A stretch of DNA of 64,000 bases from an uncultured virus (IMG/VR IMGVR_UViG_3300044732_003010) (lineage: Duplodnaviria > Heunggongvirae > Uroviricota > Caudoviricetes). The notes beneath the pieces were generated by a model that saw only the letters and a list, made by a program, of their open reading frames with translations, did not search any database and had not been told where the DNA came from. The stretch's first letter is position 1. Each line of letters opens with the position of its first letter. The stretch is taken from positions 1-64,000 of the IMG/VR virus record IMGVR_UViG_3300044732_003010, one strand, 5' to 3'. Below are positions 29,662-39,603 of the stretch, piece by piece. The position numbers were made by a program, and so were the translations under genes.

Positions 29662-30300
29662 ATGGACAAATCCAAGCTTCATAAAACCTCGTTATCTCTT
29701 GGAGTAAAAATGGGAACCACATTAAGTTATGTAGTTTTTTGTAACTACTGTGGTTTTGAAATTCAAGAATGTCCAGACATTAAAAGCATTGAACTGCTAA
29801 AAAATGTTATACAGGAAATTGTCGAGGTTAATCCGATAAAAAAGTACACGCAAGCAAACTGGAAAAATTGGATAAAAACCAGTCAATTAATTATTCCAAA
29901 TTTTAATGGCGTATGGGAGGAATTAAAGAAAATTAGGCAAAACTATTTCAGAAAAACAATACAAGAAATGTGGCAAAAAATGAACGACTTTGACTACAGT
30001 CAATACGAATATGATATATACGAAAAACGATGGGACGAGAAAGCGTGGGATGAATTTCAGAAATCATGGGAAAAAGATTGCAGAGAAAGACAAAGAAAAC
30101 TGGCTAGAGAGCTAGCCCACACTAACGACCTGTGGGAAGTTTTAGTAAAGACAAAGCAAAAAATCACCTACTCTCATTCCCTAACAGATAATTTAAGCGA
30201 TCTTGATCCTTGGACAAGAAACTTAGTGGGAGTTGTTGATTTAGGCTCAGAAGACTCAAAAGAATCGTATATTGATTATTTAGTGGAGAAGTATCAGTGA
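29662..30300 (+). CDS. Hypothetical protein ending in an antitoxin-like C-terminal segment
   Basis: AAGGAGG RBS; terminal WTRNLVGVV...KESYIDYLVEKYQ resembles antitoxin partners of PIN toxins. Confidence 0.6.
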   Translation: MDKSKLHKTSLSLGVKMGTTLSYVVFCNYCGFEIQECPDIKSIELLKNVIQEIVEVNPIKKYTQANWKNWIKTSQLIIPNFNGVWEELKKIRQNYFRKTIQEMWQKMNDFDYSQYEYDIYEKRWDEKAWDEFQKSWEKDCRERQRKLARELAHTNDLWEVLVKTKQKITYSHSLTDNLSDLDPWTRNLVGVVDLGSEDSKESYIDYLVEKYQ

Positions 30301-30420
30301 AGCAAGTCTTATTCGATAGTGATGTATTGCTAGATGTTTTGGGTAAGCGTAAACCACGTTTTCGAGCAAAGAGCATCTGTACAAGCATTAAATACAGTTA
30401 AGACAGGTAAAACTCAAGCA
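30297..30420 (+). pseudogene. Truncated, frameshifted PIN (VapC-like) toxin remnant
   Basis: GTG-KQVLFDSDVLLDVLGKRKPRF; a 7-nt duplication (GAGCAAAGAGCA) shifts the frame from ...RASVQALNTVKTGKTQ. Confidence 0.6.
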
Positions 30421-30458
30421 GAAAAAGATATTAATTGATAATCGAAAAGAGCTAAAAC

Positions 30459-30661
30459 ATGAGTATCAAACAATTTCAAATAGAGTTTAGTGGGAAAAGC
30501 TCAGAACGTCTCGAAGAAATATCTCAGCAGTTGAATTTATCGGGGCTGAAATTATTCGCAAAGGATTAAAGTTTATGGCTTTATACGCTAAATCTCAGGT
30601 AAAAAAAGATACTCGGTTAATACTCGAAAAAAATGGCGATCAAAAAGAGATAATCATCTAA
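30459..30661 (+). pseudogene. RHH/CopG regulator with a 1-nt frameshift
   Basis: MSIKQFQIEFS...ERLEEISQQLNLS, then frame change at TCGGGGCT to AEIIRKGLKFM...KEIII. Confidence 0.6.
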
Positions 30662-30676
30662 AAGAGGTGTTATGGT

Positions 30677-30955
30677 ATGGATGCGAATCTAATAAAAAAC
30701 CTTAAAAAAGACTTAATAGAATTAAGAAGTCAAATTTGGGATAAAATGTCGGATGCTCAAAAAGAACAATATTATCAAGATGAAGCTAACAATGCTATCA
30801 GCCTTGAAAACATTATTTCTTTTGTACATGAATACTCTGATAGAATAAAAAAAGAAATTGATAATCCTAATTTTCAGAATTTATTTGACAGAAGATTAGA
30901 GATGAAAATCACTTGTTTTGACAATTTTTGGGAGGAATTAGACAATGGAAGATAA
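30677..30955 (+). CDS. Hypothetical protein
   Basis: GAGG RBS, 92 aa. Confidence 0.55.
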   Translation: MDANLIKNLKKDLIELRSQIWDKMSDAQKEQYYQDEANNAISLENIISFVHEYSDRIKKEIDNPNFQNLFDRRLEMKITCFDNFWEELDNGR

Positions 30956-31139
30956 ATTCACGCTAGAAGATTACATCTATGTTCCCATTGAACCAGAAAT
31001 GGCAAGAAAGCTACTCAAACATCACGGAAAAGACTGGGAACCCTTTGACGAATTTAACGGTTTTTATCATTGTCTAAAACAAACATTGGAAGACTTTGAT
31101 AATAGATTTGAGCCTCAAAAAGAAGAGTCTGAATTTTAA
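30945..31139 (+). CDS. Hypothetical protein
   Basis: GGAGG RBS, 64 aa. Confidence 0.55.
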   Translation: MEDKFTLEDYIYVPIEPEMARKLLKHHGKDWEPFDEFNGFYHCLKQTLEDFDNRFEPQKEESEF

Positions 31140-31152
31140 CTTAGGAGTAATC

Positions 31153-31356
31153 ATGTCTCAACCTATCGAACTTTCTTTAGAACAGCAGTTCAATATTCGT
31201 TCTTTTCAGATTCAGGTAGAACAAATGAGCCAAGAGCAAGCGCAGGATTTCCTGATCAAGCTTTACGAACAAATGATGGTCAGAGAAAATATGTACAAAG
31301 CTTTTCTTAAACATCAATGGGGATTAAGTGATAATCCGTGGCAAAAAACAAAGTAA
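31153..31356 (+). CDS. nblA: Phycobilisome degradation protein NblA
   Basis: MSQPIELSLEQQFNIRSFQIQVEQMSQEQAQDFLIKLYEQMMVRENMYK; AGGAG RBS before ATG 31153. Confidence 0.95.
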   Translation: MSQPIELSLEQQFNIRSFQIQVEQMSQEQAQDFLIKLYEQMMVRENMYKAFLKHQWGLSDNPWQKTK

Positions 31357-31411
31357 TACTACAGTGCCAGTTGTCGGTTATCGGATCAATGTACACTAAC
31401 CCAAAAAACCA

Positions 31412-31708
31412 ATGAGAACCATCTGGAAGTACCCTATAGATACAACTCCTTGTTGCGAGATTGAAATGCCTTTAAACGCAAAGATATTATGCGTTCAGTT
31501 GCAGAATAATATTCCTACACTTTGGGCATTACTAGAAACAGAAGAACCTAAGAGGATTTTTGATATTTTGACTTACTATACTGGTAGCTATTGGATAGAT
31601 AAAAAAGGACAATACATTGGAACTTATCAACTAGCTGGATTGGTATATCATGTATTTGTTAGACCTCATCCTGTATCTCCTCGGCTAAACCTTTCGTATA
31701 TTTGTTAA
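31412..31708 (+). CDS. Conserved phage hypothetical protein
   Basis: TIWKY...MP..AKIL.VQ.Q...LWA...YIGTYQ...VYHVF motif. Confidence 0.65.
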   Translation: MRTIWKYPIDTTPCCEIEMPLNAKILCVQLQNNIPTLWALLETEEPKRIFDILTYYTGSYWIDKKGQYIGTYQLAGLVYHVFVRPHPVSPRLNLSYIC

Positions 31709-32045
31709 AGTTTCTGATCGCATCCCTAATATTTGCCTTTCGTAAAAAATTCTCAAATAAAGAGGGACTTATAACTATCGCAGAAATTGACAAAAGAATA
31801 TTGATTCTTTTTCAAAAAGTAAGAGAATTGCTTGCCAATGAAAAAGAATCAATCAAAAAAACATTAGCAGAAATAAAATCTTTTGAACAAAGTAGAGGTA
31901 AAATCAATTATGACTCTTGAAGAAATCAACGCAAAACTGGACTTGCTTCTAGAAGAAATAGAAAACTGGAAACCTAAATCTGATTTATTTCCGAAAGAAA
32001 TAGAAACTTGGAAGCAACCCAATATTAAAGAAAAGGGAAAAGCCA

Positions 32046-33590
32046 ATGTTTAATGCAATCTACAAGCCCAATCAGTTGATTTTAGGCAGTGGCTATATTG
32101 CTATCTGTACAGGATGGACTCCTGCTAAGTCAGTAGCCGCAAAACTCGATCCCTCTGATTATGCTGTGATTGGCAATCTTTATAGTGCATCAAGGGGAAT
32201 TAACTTTTTAGTTCGCAATTTGTTAGCCAATCCTCACGTTCGCGATCTTGTTGTAATGGATTCAACCCAAGAAGACAAAAATTCTGGTAGTGTTCAATGC
32301 TTGAAAGATTTCTTTGAGAATGGAGTTTATAAAGGGAAAAATGATGTAGGGAAAGAGTGTTGGGTAATTGATTCTTTAGTGAAAGGATATATTGATATAG
32401 ATATTCCTTTAGAAGTTTTAAATCAATTACGGTCTTCTGTTACTTTAAGAGATAGTCTCACAACTTACGCAATTCTGATGTTGAGGCTATCAGTTTATGG
32501 TGCTAATAAACCGTGGGCAGAACCAATGGTTTTTCCCTACAATGAACCTACATCAGAGGTAAAACCTGGACCGCTCTATGGTCATCGGATCGAAGGTAAA
32601 ACCATTGCTGAAACTTGGATAAAAATACTGCAAAGAATCAAAACTACTGGCACTATCAGACCTACTGGCTATGACGGTAAATGGCAAGAATTAATTGATT
32701 TAATGGCGATAGTTACCGATGAACCAGAAGACTTTTATTTTCCAGAACCTAATTACTTACCTTTAGATAAAAAATATCTAAAGAACTATATCCCACAAAT
32801 ACTTGATGATGCCAATTATCGGGAAGGAGTTAAATATACCTACGGTCAAAGATTACGCTCTTGGTTTGGTCAGGATCAGATTAAAGCAGTTATCACAAAA
32901 TTAATCAAAGAAATCGACTCTGCCAGTGCCGTTATGTCCCTTTGGGATAGCGGGAGTGGAAACTATCAAATACTTGCCGAACATGATAGTTGGCGTGGAC
33001 ACGATCATAATACAATCGCGCGAGGAGAAAGAAAAGGGGGTGACTCAGATCATAATCACGGCGGTTCACCTTGCCTTAATCATACCTGGGTAAGAGTAGT
33101 AGATAATGAACTGTCTTTAACAGCTACCTTTAGAAGTAATGATATGTTTTCCGCTTGGCCGGCTAATGCAATGGGATTACGGGCTTTACAGCGTCATATC
33201 AGAGATGAAATTGCTAGTGAATCTGAGTACGATTTAACAATGGGTCCACTGATTACTATTAGTCAATCAGCCCATATTTACGATGACTGTTGGGAAACCG
33301 TAGAACAATTACTTGCTAATCAATACCAATCAATTATTAGTCAAGAGTTTCGAGGCTACAGTGACCCTGCTGGTAACTTCTTAGTAGAAACAGATGGCAA
33401 TAATATCACAGTCAGCCAGCTAACTCCTAGTGGTGAATTTGTGGGAAAATGGGAAGGTAAGAATCCTTTGAAGCTAATCCGTCAAATAATTGCCGATTGT
33501 CCCAGTATTCAATCTTTTCATATCGGCTACCTAGCTAGAGAAATTGAACGGGCATCTCAACTAAAAACAAATTACACTCAGGATAAATAA
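32046..33590 (+). CDS. thyA: Thymidylate synthase-family protein with extra N-terminal (MtrA-like) and C-terminal (DUF4346-like) domains
   Basis: YTYGQR, SPC catalytic Cys, FRSND...WPAN, SAHIY; N-terminal IGNLYS..RGI..LVRNLLANP; C-terminal DPAGNF...HIGYLAREI. Confidence 0.85.
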   Translation: MFNAIYKPNQLILGSGYIAICTGWTPAKSVAAKLDPSDYAVIGNLYSASRGINFLVRNLLANPHVRDLVVMDSTQEDKNSGSVQCLKDFFENGVYKGKNDVGKECWVIDSLVKGYIDIDIPLEVLNQLRSSVTLRDSLTTYAILMLRLSVYGANKPWAEPMVFPYNEPTSEVKPGPLYGHRIEGKTIAETWIKILQRIKTTGTIRPTGYDGKWQELIDLMAIVTDEPEDFYFPEPNYLPLDKKYLKNYIPQILDDANYREGVKYTYGQRLRSWFGQDQIKAVITKLIKEIDSASAVMSLWDSGSGNYQILAEHDSWRGHDHNTIARGERKGGDSDHNHGGSPCLNHTWVRVVDNELSLTATFRSNDMFSAWPANAMGLRALQRHIRDEIASESEYDLTMGPLITISQSAHIYDDCWETVEQLLANQYQSIISQEFRGYSDPAGNFLVETDGNNITVSQLTPSGEFVGKWEGKNPLKLIRQIIADCPSIQSFHIGYLAREIERASQLKTNYTQDK

Positions 33591-33989
33591 ATGCCAACAC
33601 AAATCATCCCAAAAGGACAATCCTTTCCCGACGGCACTTATCTGTATAAATGCCCTTGCTATGTTAATCCTTGCAACCTGTGTTTTAACGGCAATGAGAC
33701 TGCTATAATTAACTCTTTAAAGACAGCAAAAGGACAACAATATTATGGCAACTTAAAAGCTTATTTGGCTATAAAAGGACAGATCATTATATCTACTGCA
33801 AAGTCAATAAAAGAAAAAAATAACGGCAAATTTACAATGATTAATATTACAGAATTAGCTGATACTCTAGGGTTTCCTAGAACACGAATTAAACCTTTAA
33901 TAGAATATTTAGAAGAGTGTGGCTTTATAAAAGCTGGAACTTATGATAGACTGAGAATATCAATCAATTGGCAACCGACAAAGATGTAA
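33591..33989 (+). CDS. Winged-HTH protein
   Basis: ITELADTLGFP...IEYLEECGFI. Confidence 0.6.
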   Translation: MPTQIIPKGQSFPDGTYLYKCPCYVNPCNLCFNGNETAIINSLKTAKGQQYYGNLKAYLAIKGQIIISTAKSIKEKNNGKFTMINITELADTLGFPRTRIKPLIEYLEECGFIKAGTYDRLRISINWQPTKM

Positions 33990-34058
33990 TTACTTCAAAT
34001 TAAATTACATGGTAAACGAGAAAGAACCGAATGGAAAGGAGTGTTTAATTAAAATAAA

Positions 34059-34655
34059 ATGGAATTAAAGGAATTAAGGCAATTTTGCTGTGATAGAATT
34101 GCTAACGGACATAAAACTATCACTCTAGAAACAGAATCAACTCGATTGCTAGTAAGTCACGGTCCTATCGGAGAACTCTGCTGTATTAATAAACGAGGCA
34201 AGCACGTTGTTTTGTATGATGCTTTAAAAGTTTTACAGTTTCTAGATAAGCTTGAAAATCAAGAAATAAAATCAAAAATTAGGAGTAAAGAAATGACTAA
34301 AAAAGATTTCCCAACACTAGCAGTTCTAAGTATTACTAGCGGGCGATTACTGACACAACCAAAAGACGCAAGCGAAGGTAACGGCTTTGATCAGATATAC
34401 GAAGTATTAGAATGGATGACTGACGATTTGCTAAATCGTCCCAATTGGTGCGATTTGGCAGAAGAGTGTAAGCAGTGGATTTATCAATGGCATCCTGAGA
34501 TTATCGAGGCAGACAAATGGATAGAAAACAAATTGATAGAAAAATGCGAAGCTGAGGACGTGAAAGCTTGCCAAACTGCAATGCTTGCAAAGTTTGGTGA
34601 GACGATCACGTTACAGAAAATTCCACAAGGCTATCACAATTTTAAAAATCTGTAG
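34059..34655 (+). CDS. Hypothetical protein, probably a fusion with an internal start at 34293
   Basis: Internal AGGAG-N7-ATG precedes MTKKDFPTLAVLSITSGRLL. Confidence 0.55.
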   Translation: MELKELRQFCCDRIANGHKTITLETESTRLLVSHGPIGELCCINKRGKHVVLYDALKVLQFLDKLENQEIKSKIRSKEMTKKDFPTLAVLSITSGRLLTQPKDASEGNGFDQIYEVLEWMTDDLLNRPNWCDLAEECKQWIYQWHPEIIEADKWIENKLIEKCEAEDVKACQTAMLAKFGETITLQKIPQGYHNFKNL

Positions 34656-34665
34656 GAGTAAATAA

Positions 34666-36930
34666 ATGATTAACGTAATTCAAAGAAGTGGAGAAACTCG
34701 TCCTTTAGACATCACTAAAATTCGACGAGTAGTTGAATGGGCGTGTGAAGGGTTAGAAGTAAATTCCCTCGCTTTAGAATCAGGATTAACTTCTCGATTA
34801 CGAGATGGCATTACTACGCGAGAAATTCAAGAAAATTTAATCAATGTTGCCACACAATTGTTTTGTGTAGAAGAAACCGATTGGAAGTATGTAGCCGGAA
34901 GACTTCACATCTGGGGATTATGGAAAGATACAAGGATTAAAAGAGAATTTGGCGGCTATTTATCTCGTACGGTTTTTAGAAGATTAGAAGGAACCGACTA
35001 CGCTAAATATGTTCAGTGGCAAGTGGGTAGAGGTATTTATGATCCAAAAATCACAGAAATCTATGACGAAAACGATTTAAAGATTGCGGGGGAGTGGATA
35101 TACCCAGAATACGATAAAGATTTTGACTACGCTGGTGCGATCATGCTGTCAGAAAGGTATTTACTTGATTGTGAATTACCTCAAGAGGCTTTCCTGACTT
35201 GCGCTTTATTGCTTGCGAGTGTAGAGGAAAACCCAGAGAATAGATTAAGAATTGCGTTTCAAATTTACTTAGCTATAGCTCAAAGAAAAATCTCTTTAGC
35301 TACTCCAATTTTAGGCAATCTAAGAACCCCTAATGGTTCTTTAAGTAGTTGCTTCATCGTAGCAATGGAAGACAATCTAGAGAGTATTTTTAGCGAGATT
35401 ACTAATACTGCTCGCATCTCTAAGAATGGTGGCGGTGTTGGGGTAAATGTAAGTAGAATCCGTGCCACTGGTAGCTGGGTAATGGGGAAAGCTAACGCTT
35501 CTGGTGGGATTATACCCTGGATTAAATTACTCAACGATACAGCTATTGCAGTCAATCAAGGGGGAAGACGCGCCGGGGCTGTCACTGTTGGGGTTGATAT
35601 TTGGCATCTAGACGTGCCAGAATTTCTGGAAATGCAGACAGAAAACGGTGATCAAAGACGTAAAGCTTATGATGTTTTCCCCCAATTAGTTATTCCCGAC
35701 GAATTTATGCGTCGGGTAGTAGATAAATCTGAGTGGACATTAGTTGATCCTTATGAAATTCGGGCAAAACTAGGGATAGAATTAGCAGAATTATGGGGCG
35801 AAAAATTTGAAGATGCTTACAAATTAATTGAAGATAATCTAGGGACAGAAATTACTCTCTACAGAAAAGTTAACGCTAGGGAGTTATTTAAAGATGTTAT
35901 GCGCTCTCAAGTCGAGACAGGTATGCCCTATCTTGCCTTTAAAGATACCATTAATCGGGCTAATCCTAATAAACACGACGGGTACATCCCTCAAGTTAAT
36001 TTGTGCTGTGAAAGCTTTTCTAATGTCACACCGGGTAAAACAGCCCATTGCTGTAATTTAGTTAGTCTTAATCTTGCTAACATTGACACTCCTACTAATT
36101 TATCAGAAATGTGTCATCTTGCTGTCAGGATGCTTGACAATACTATCGACCTCACTTGTCCCCCAATTGGCGAGGCTAAAGAACATAATGATAAATATCG
36201 AACGATTGGAGTTGGGGTTATGGGATTAGCTGATTGGTTAGCTAAACGTAAATTATCGTATAAATCTTTTGTATTTATCAACAATTTGTTTGAAAATATT
36301 AGCTATTTTTGTACTCAAGCTTCAATAGAATTAGCTAAAGAACGCGGACATTATCAAGCCTTTTCTAGCAGTGAATGGGATCAAGGTAAATTATTAGGGA
36401 CTAAACCATTAGATTGGTTTAAGTCAAATTTTTACCATAAATCTCACCATTTTTATAAATGGCAACGACTAGCTTCCGATGTACAACGCTACGGGATTAG
36501 AAACTCCCATATTACCGCTATAGCCCCCAATACCACATCATCTTTAATTCAGGGTTGTACTGCCAGTGTTTTACCTGTCTTTAAGCGGGTATTTACAGAA
36601 AAGAACTCAAAGGGTGCTATCCCTAATTGCCCTCCTTTTATTAAGAAATTTTTTTGGTATTATCAAGAGAATCAAAATCTTGATCAAAAGATTGTCGTTC
36701 AGGCAGTTGCTGAAATGCAAAAATGGATTGATACAGGGATTTCTATGGAATTACTATTTAACCTTAATCAGGGTGTTTATTTTCCTGACGAACCTAACCG
36801 CGTATTAACAGTTAAAGAAATTTACGAGACTCTAGTTTTAGCGTGGGAATCAGAATGTAAAGCAGTCTATTATGTACGGACTGTTCAAAAGGATAATTTT
36901 AAAGATAGCTGTTCTAGTTGTGCTAATTAA
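34666..36930 (+). CDS. nrdA: Ribonucleotide reductase class I alpha subunit with ATP cone
   Basis: VIQRSG ATP cone; ATP.L.N, LSSCF, NLCCE, IAPNTTSS, YY, terminal CSSC. Confidence 0.95.
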   Translation: MINVIQRSGETRPLDITKIRRVVEWACEGLEVNSLALESGLTSRLRDGITTREIQENLINVATQLFCVEETDWKYVAGRLHIWGLWKDTRIKREFGGYLSRTVFRRLEGTDYAKYVQWQVGRGIYDPKITEIYDENDLKIAGEWIYPEYDKDFDYAGAIMLSERYLLDCELPQEAFLTCALLLASVEENPENRLRIAFQIYLAIAQRKISLATPILGNLRTPNGSLSSCFIVAMEDNLESIFSEITNTARISKNGGGVGVNVSRIRATGSWVMGKANASGGIIPWIKLLNDTAIAVNQGGRRAGAVTVGVDIWHLDVPEFLEMQTENGDQRRKAYDVFPQLVIPDEFMRRVVDKSEWTLVDPYEIRAKLGIELAELWGEKFEDAYKLIEDNLGTEITLYRKVNARELFKDVMRSQVETGMPYLAFKDTINRANPNKHDGYIPQVNLCCESFSNVTPGKTAHCCNLVSLNLANIDTPTNLSEMCHLAVRMLDNTIDLTCPPIGEAKEHNDKYRTIGVGVMGLADWLAKRKLSYKSFVFINNLFENISYFCTQASIELAKERGHYQAFSSSEWDQGKLLGTKPLDWFKSNFYHKSHHFYKWQRLASDVQRYGIRNSHITAIAPNTTSSLIQGCTASVLPVFKRVFTEKNSKGAIPNCPPFIKKFFWYYQENQNLDQKIVVQAVAEMQKWIDTGISMELLFNLNQGVYFPDEPNRVLTVKEIYETLVLAWESECKAVYYVRTVQKDNFKDSCSSCAN

Positions 36931-36987
36931 CCATGAATATCATTTTTTTTGTTATTTTATCAATACTCGAAAAAATAAATAATCATT

Positions 36988-37269
36988 ATGGCAATAATAA
37001 TTATTAACTTTCTAGCAACTATTGTATTAAGTATATTTTTACTTTATACTGCTTTAATTTTTGCTGTTGTCTTGTGTAGAGTGTTTTTTAGATTTAAGAC
37101 TAATTTAATCTACACAGTTAAACAATTCAAATACTATTTAACAGATGAATATAATCGGATTAGTTCTTGTAAATATTATAATCCTGAAACCCATAAAGAC
37201 TTTAATCTAAAATGTAGCGTAAATCCTTCTATTTCTTGTGTACAATGTAAAAACTGGGAGCTAAAGTAA
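36988..37269 (+). CDS. Membrane-anchored Cys-rich protein (DUF6464-like)
   Basis: N-terminal TM helix; SCKYY...LKCSVNP..CVQC..WE. Confidence 0.6.
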   Translation: MAIIIINFLATIVLSIFLLYTALIFAVVLCRVFFRFKTNLIYTVKQFKYYLTDEYNRISSCKYYNPETHKDFNLKCSVNPSISCVQCKNWELK

Positions 37270-37278
37270 AGTAAAACT

Positions 37279-38346
37279 ATGTCATTGATCAGTCTTAGCA
37301 ATAAAATGCCCATTTCCCCGATCTTCAATCTGTCGGGAGATGATGCAATCGAAAACCGTTCGATCTGGTTTGGTAACACCACCAACTTGATGCAATTAAA
37401 TGATGTTCGCTATACTTGGGCGGTAGGTTTATATCAACAAATGCGCGAAAATTTCTGGATTCCGCAAAAAATAGATATTACTCAAGATATAACTGACTAT
37501 AACAATTTAACTCTTGACGAAAGACGTGCCTATGATGGTATTTTGTCTTACCTAACTTTTCTTGATTCTGTACAAACCTGTAACATTCCTCACTTAAAAG
37601 GTAGCGTCACTGCACCAGAAATTAGTCTTTGTATGGCAGAACAAATCTCTCAAGAGGCTATGCACAATCAAAGTTATCAATACTTGATTGAAACTATTAT
37701 TCCCTCAAACAAAAGGGCTGAAATTTATGATTTATGGCGCACTGATAAAGTTCTTAAGGATCGCTGTGAATTTATTGCTAGTTCTTATCAACAATATATT
37801 GACAGCCCAACACAGAGTAATTATTTTGGTTCTCTGTGTTCTAATTATATTCTAGAAGGACTGTATTTCTATAATGGGTTCCAGTATTTTTATAATTTAG
37901 CTTCTAGACATCTAATGGCTGGAAGTGCCGATATTTTTAGGATGATTAATCGAGATGAATTGAGTCATGTTCGTTTGTATCAAAAATTAATTATAGAAGC
38001 ATTGCATCTATTTCCAAAAGAGTCAATTAAAGAAGGTATAGCAAGTTCTTTCTTGGAGGCTGTTAATCAAGAAATTAATTGGTCCAACCATATTATCGGT
38101 AATCGAATACTGGGCATTACTGAAGAAAGTATAGATCACTATACCAAATACCTTGCCAATATTCGACTAAAAGCCATCGGCTTAAATCCAATTTTTACCG
38201 AGGACAAATACAAAAAATCTCCTTATTCTCATTTAGAAAAATTCTCTGATACTCAAGGGGAAGGTCATACCAAATCAAACTTTTTTGAAGCTACTGTTAC
38301 CAGCTATGTTATGTCTTCTGGATTGAGTGGATGGGATGATATTTAA
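37279..38346 (+). CDS. nrdB: Ribonucleotide reductase class I beta subunit
   Basis: NFWIP, FLDSVQ, EAMHNQSY, LEGLYF, RDELSH, NFFE...Y. Confidence 0.95.
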   Translation: MSLISLSNKMPISPIFNLSGDDAIENRSIWFGNTTNLMQLNDVRYTWAVGLYQQMRENFWIPQKIDITQDITDYNNLTLDERRAYDGILSYLTFLDSVQTCNIPHLKGSVTAPEISLCMAEQISQEAMHNQSYQYLIETIIPSNKRAEIYDLWRTDKVLKDRCEFIASSYQQYIDSPTQSNYFGSLCSNYILEGLYFYNGFQYFYNLASRHLMAGSADIFRMINRDELSHVRLYQKLIIEALHLFPKESIKEGIASSFLEAVNQEINWSNHIIGNRILGITEESIDHYTKYLANIRLKAIGLNPIFTEDKYKKSPYSHLEKFSDTQGEGHTKSNFFEATVTSYVMSSGLSGWDDI

Positions 38347-38471
38347 GCATCAGAGACAAGCGGCGCTCGATTTTTAAAAGGGTGGTTTGTTGGCACAAGA
38401 GACTGCAAATCACGTAGATGCTTCCAAGCAAAATAGCCTTTAATGGCATCAAGTGCGCTGTAGGCAATCCA
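38343..38471 (-). pseudogene. Orphan C-terminal remnant of a phage tail/LamG-type protein
   Basis: Minus frame reads IKGYFAWKHLRDLQSLVPTNHPFKNRAP (compare the GYLAWKW...LP..HP.K..AP terminal motif) with in-frame stops upstream. Confidence 0.5.
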
Positions 38472-38601
38472 TCAATCTTTGAAATTTTTGGCATCCGATT
38501 ACTGTTCTTGATTTCCTTGATGGTGAGGGATAGAGTCGGGAAATCAGTGGCAAAATGTGGCACGCAACCCTGTCAATCAATCTTGCAAAAGCCTAAATAA
38601 T

Positions 38602-38799
38602 TTAGCCGTATTGATAAATTCCATTATTTTTTATTGCCGGATCCGACTGCTGATAAATTCCATTGATTTTAATGAAAGGTACTGCAAGTTGATAAGCTCC
38701 ATTGACCTTAACGTAACTTTGGGTAAATTGAATTAAATCAATAATGGGAATTTGTCCAATTTCTATTGTTGCGGGATCAAATAAACGCCGTGAAGCCAT
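38602..38799 (-). CDS. Small tail-associated protein with K(V/I/N)NGxYQ repeats
   Basis: VKVNGAYQ, IKINGIYQ, IKNNGIYQ. Confidence 0.55.
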   Translation of the reverse strand: MASRRLFDPATIEIGQIPIIDLIQFTQSYVKVNGAYQLAVPFIKINGIYQQSDPAIKNNGIYQYG

Positions 38800-38803
38800 A
38801 CGA

Positions 38804-39601
38804 TTACTCCCCAAAAAAAAGAGAACCTGAAACAGAATGAGCGCCTGTCCCTGGATATAAAAAAATAGACAAACAAGCGTTTGGGAAGGTTTTGCAAAGG
38901 CTTCCAATAAATCCCCCAGTACTTACAGCGTCAATCGGCTGACTGAATGACACCGACATCATAGCCAAAGGCTTAAATAATGCCACCCCAAAATTACCAG
39001 CCGTGCCAGTGCTGGCTGATAAAGTTACTGACCTCACTTCCCGCACACCAGTATCTCCAGGAGCAAGAGGTATCAAATGTATTCTACCCGCTGCTCGATC
39101 AGGTGTCGAGCCAGAGAAAGACATCGGAGGGCTAATTCGCTCCGATATCCCATTTTGATTGATATAATTAATCGAAGATGTAGAAATTGTTTGTCCTATA
39201 GTTGCCCAAGTAATTAAGCCAGCAAATACCCCTTCCCCATTTACATATCTTGTTAGGGGTGCTGATGGCAAATTTGTGGTTTGCTCTGTGGTCAAAATAG
39301 CATTTAGCCCGCCAGAAATATTAAGCAAATCTACCAGGATCAAAGTGTGTGTTCCTAGAGAATTAAATTCGCCTCCCAGCAACAACAACTCACTTGTGCC
39401 TAATAAATTATTATTTATCCCATGCAGGCTGGTATTATCTAGCGCAATACTTGAAGAAGGAATAGAAGCCGTAGTAGGAAAAAATCTGGAGATTAATATT
39501 AATTTAGCAGCCATTGTCTGCGTTGTTATATTAGCTTGAAAATTTTCTGCATTTTGCAAAGAGATTTGGCTAAGATAATCTTGATAATTATTAATAGGCA
39601 T
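38804..39601 (-). CDS. Putative virion protein, paralogue of 39604..40443
   Basis: Shared LTR...G, YINQNG, IPLAPGDTGVR...LSASTGTAGNFG; ATG at 39601. Confidence 0.65.
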   Translation of the reverse strand: MPINNYQDYLSQISLQNAENFQANITTQTMAAKLILISRFFPTTASIPSSSIALDNTSLHGINNNLLGTSELLLLGGEFNSLGTHTLILVDLLNISGGLNAILTTEQTTNLPSAPLTRYVNGEGVFAGLITWATIGQTISTSSINYINQNGISERISPPMSFSGSTPDRAAGRIHLIPLAPGDTGVREVRSVTLSASTGTAGNFGVALFKPLAMMSVSFSQPIDAVSTGGFIGSLCKTFPNACLSIFLYPGTGAHSVSGSLFFGE

Positions 39602-39603
39602 TT

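Noticed and set aside
38343..38600. Stop-codon reassignment to explain in-frame stops in the tail remnant
   Set aside because: Long genes across the window read normally in the standard code and end in TAA, TAG or TGA; this is local decay
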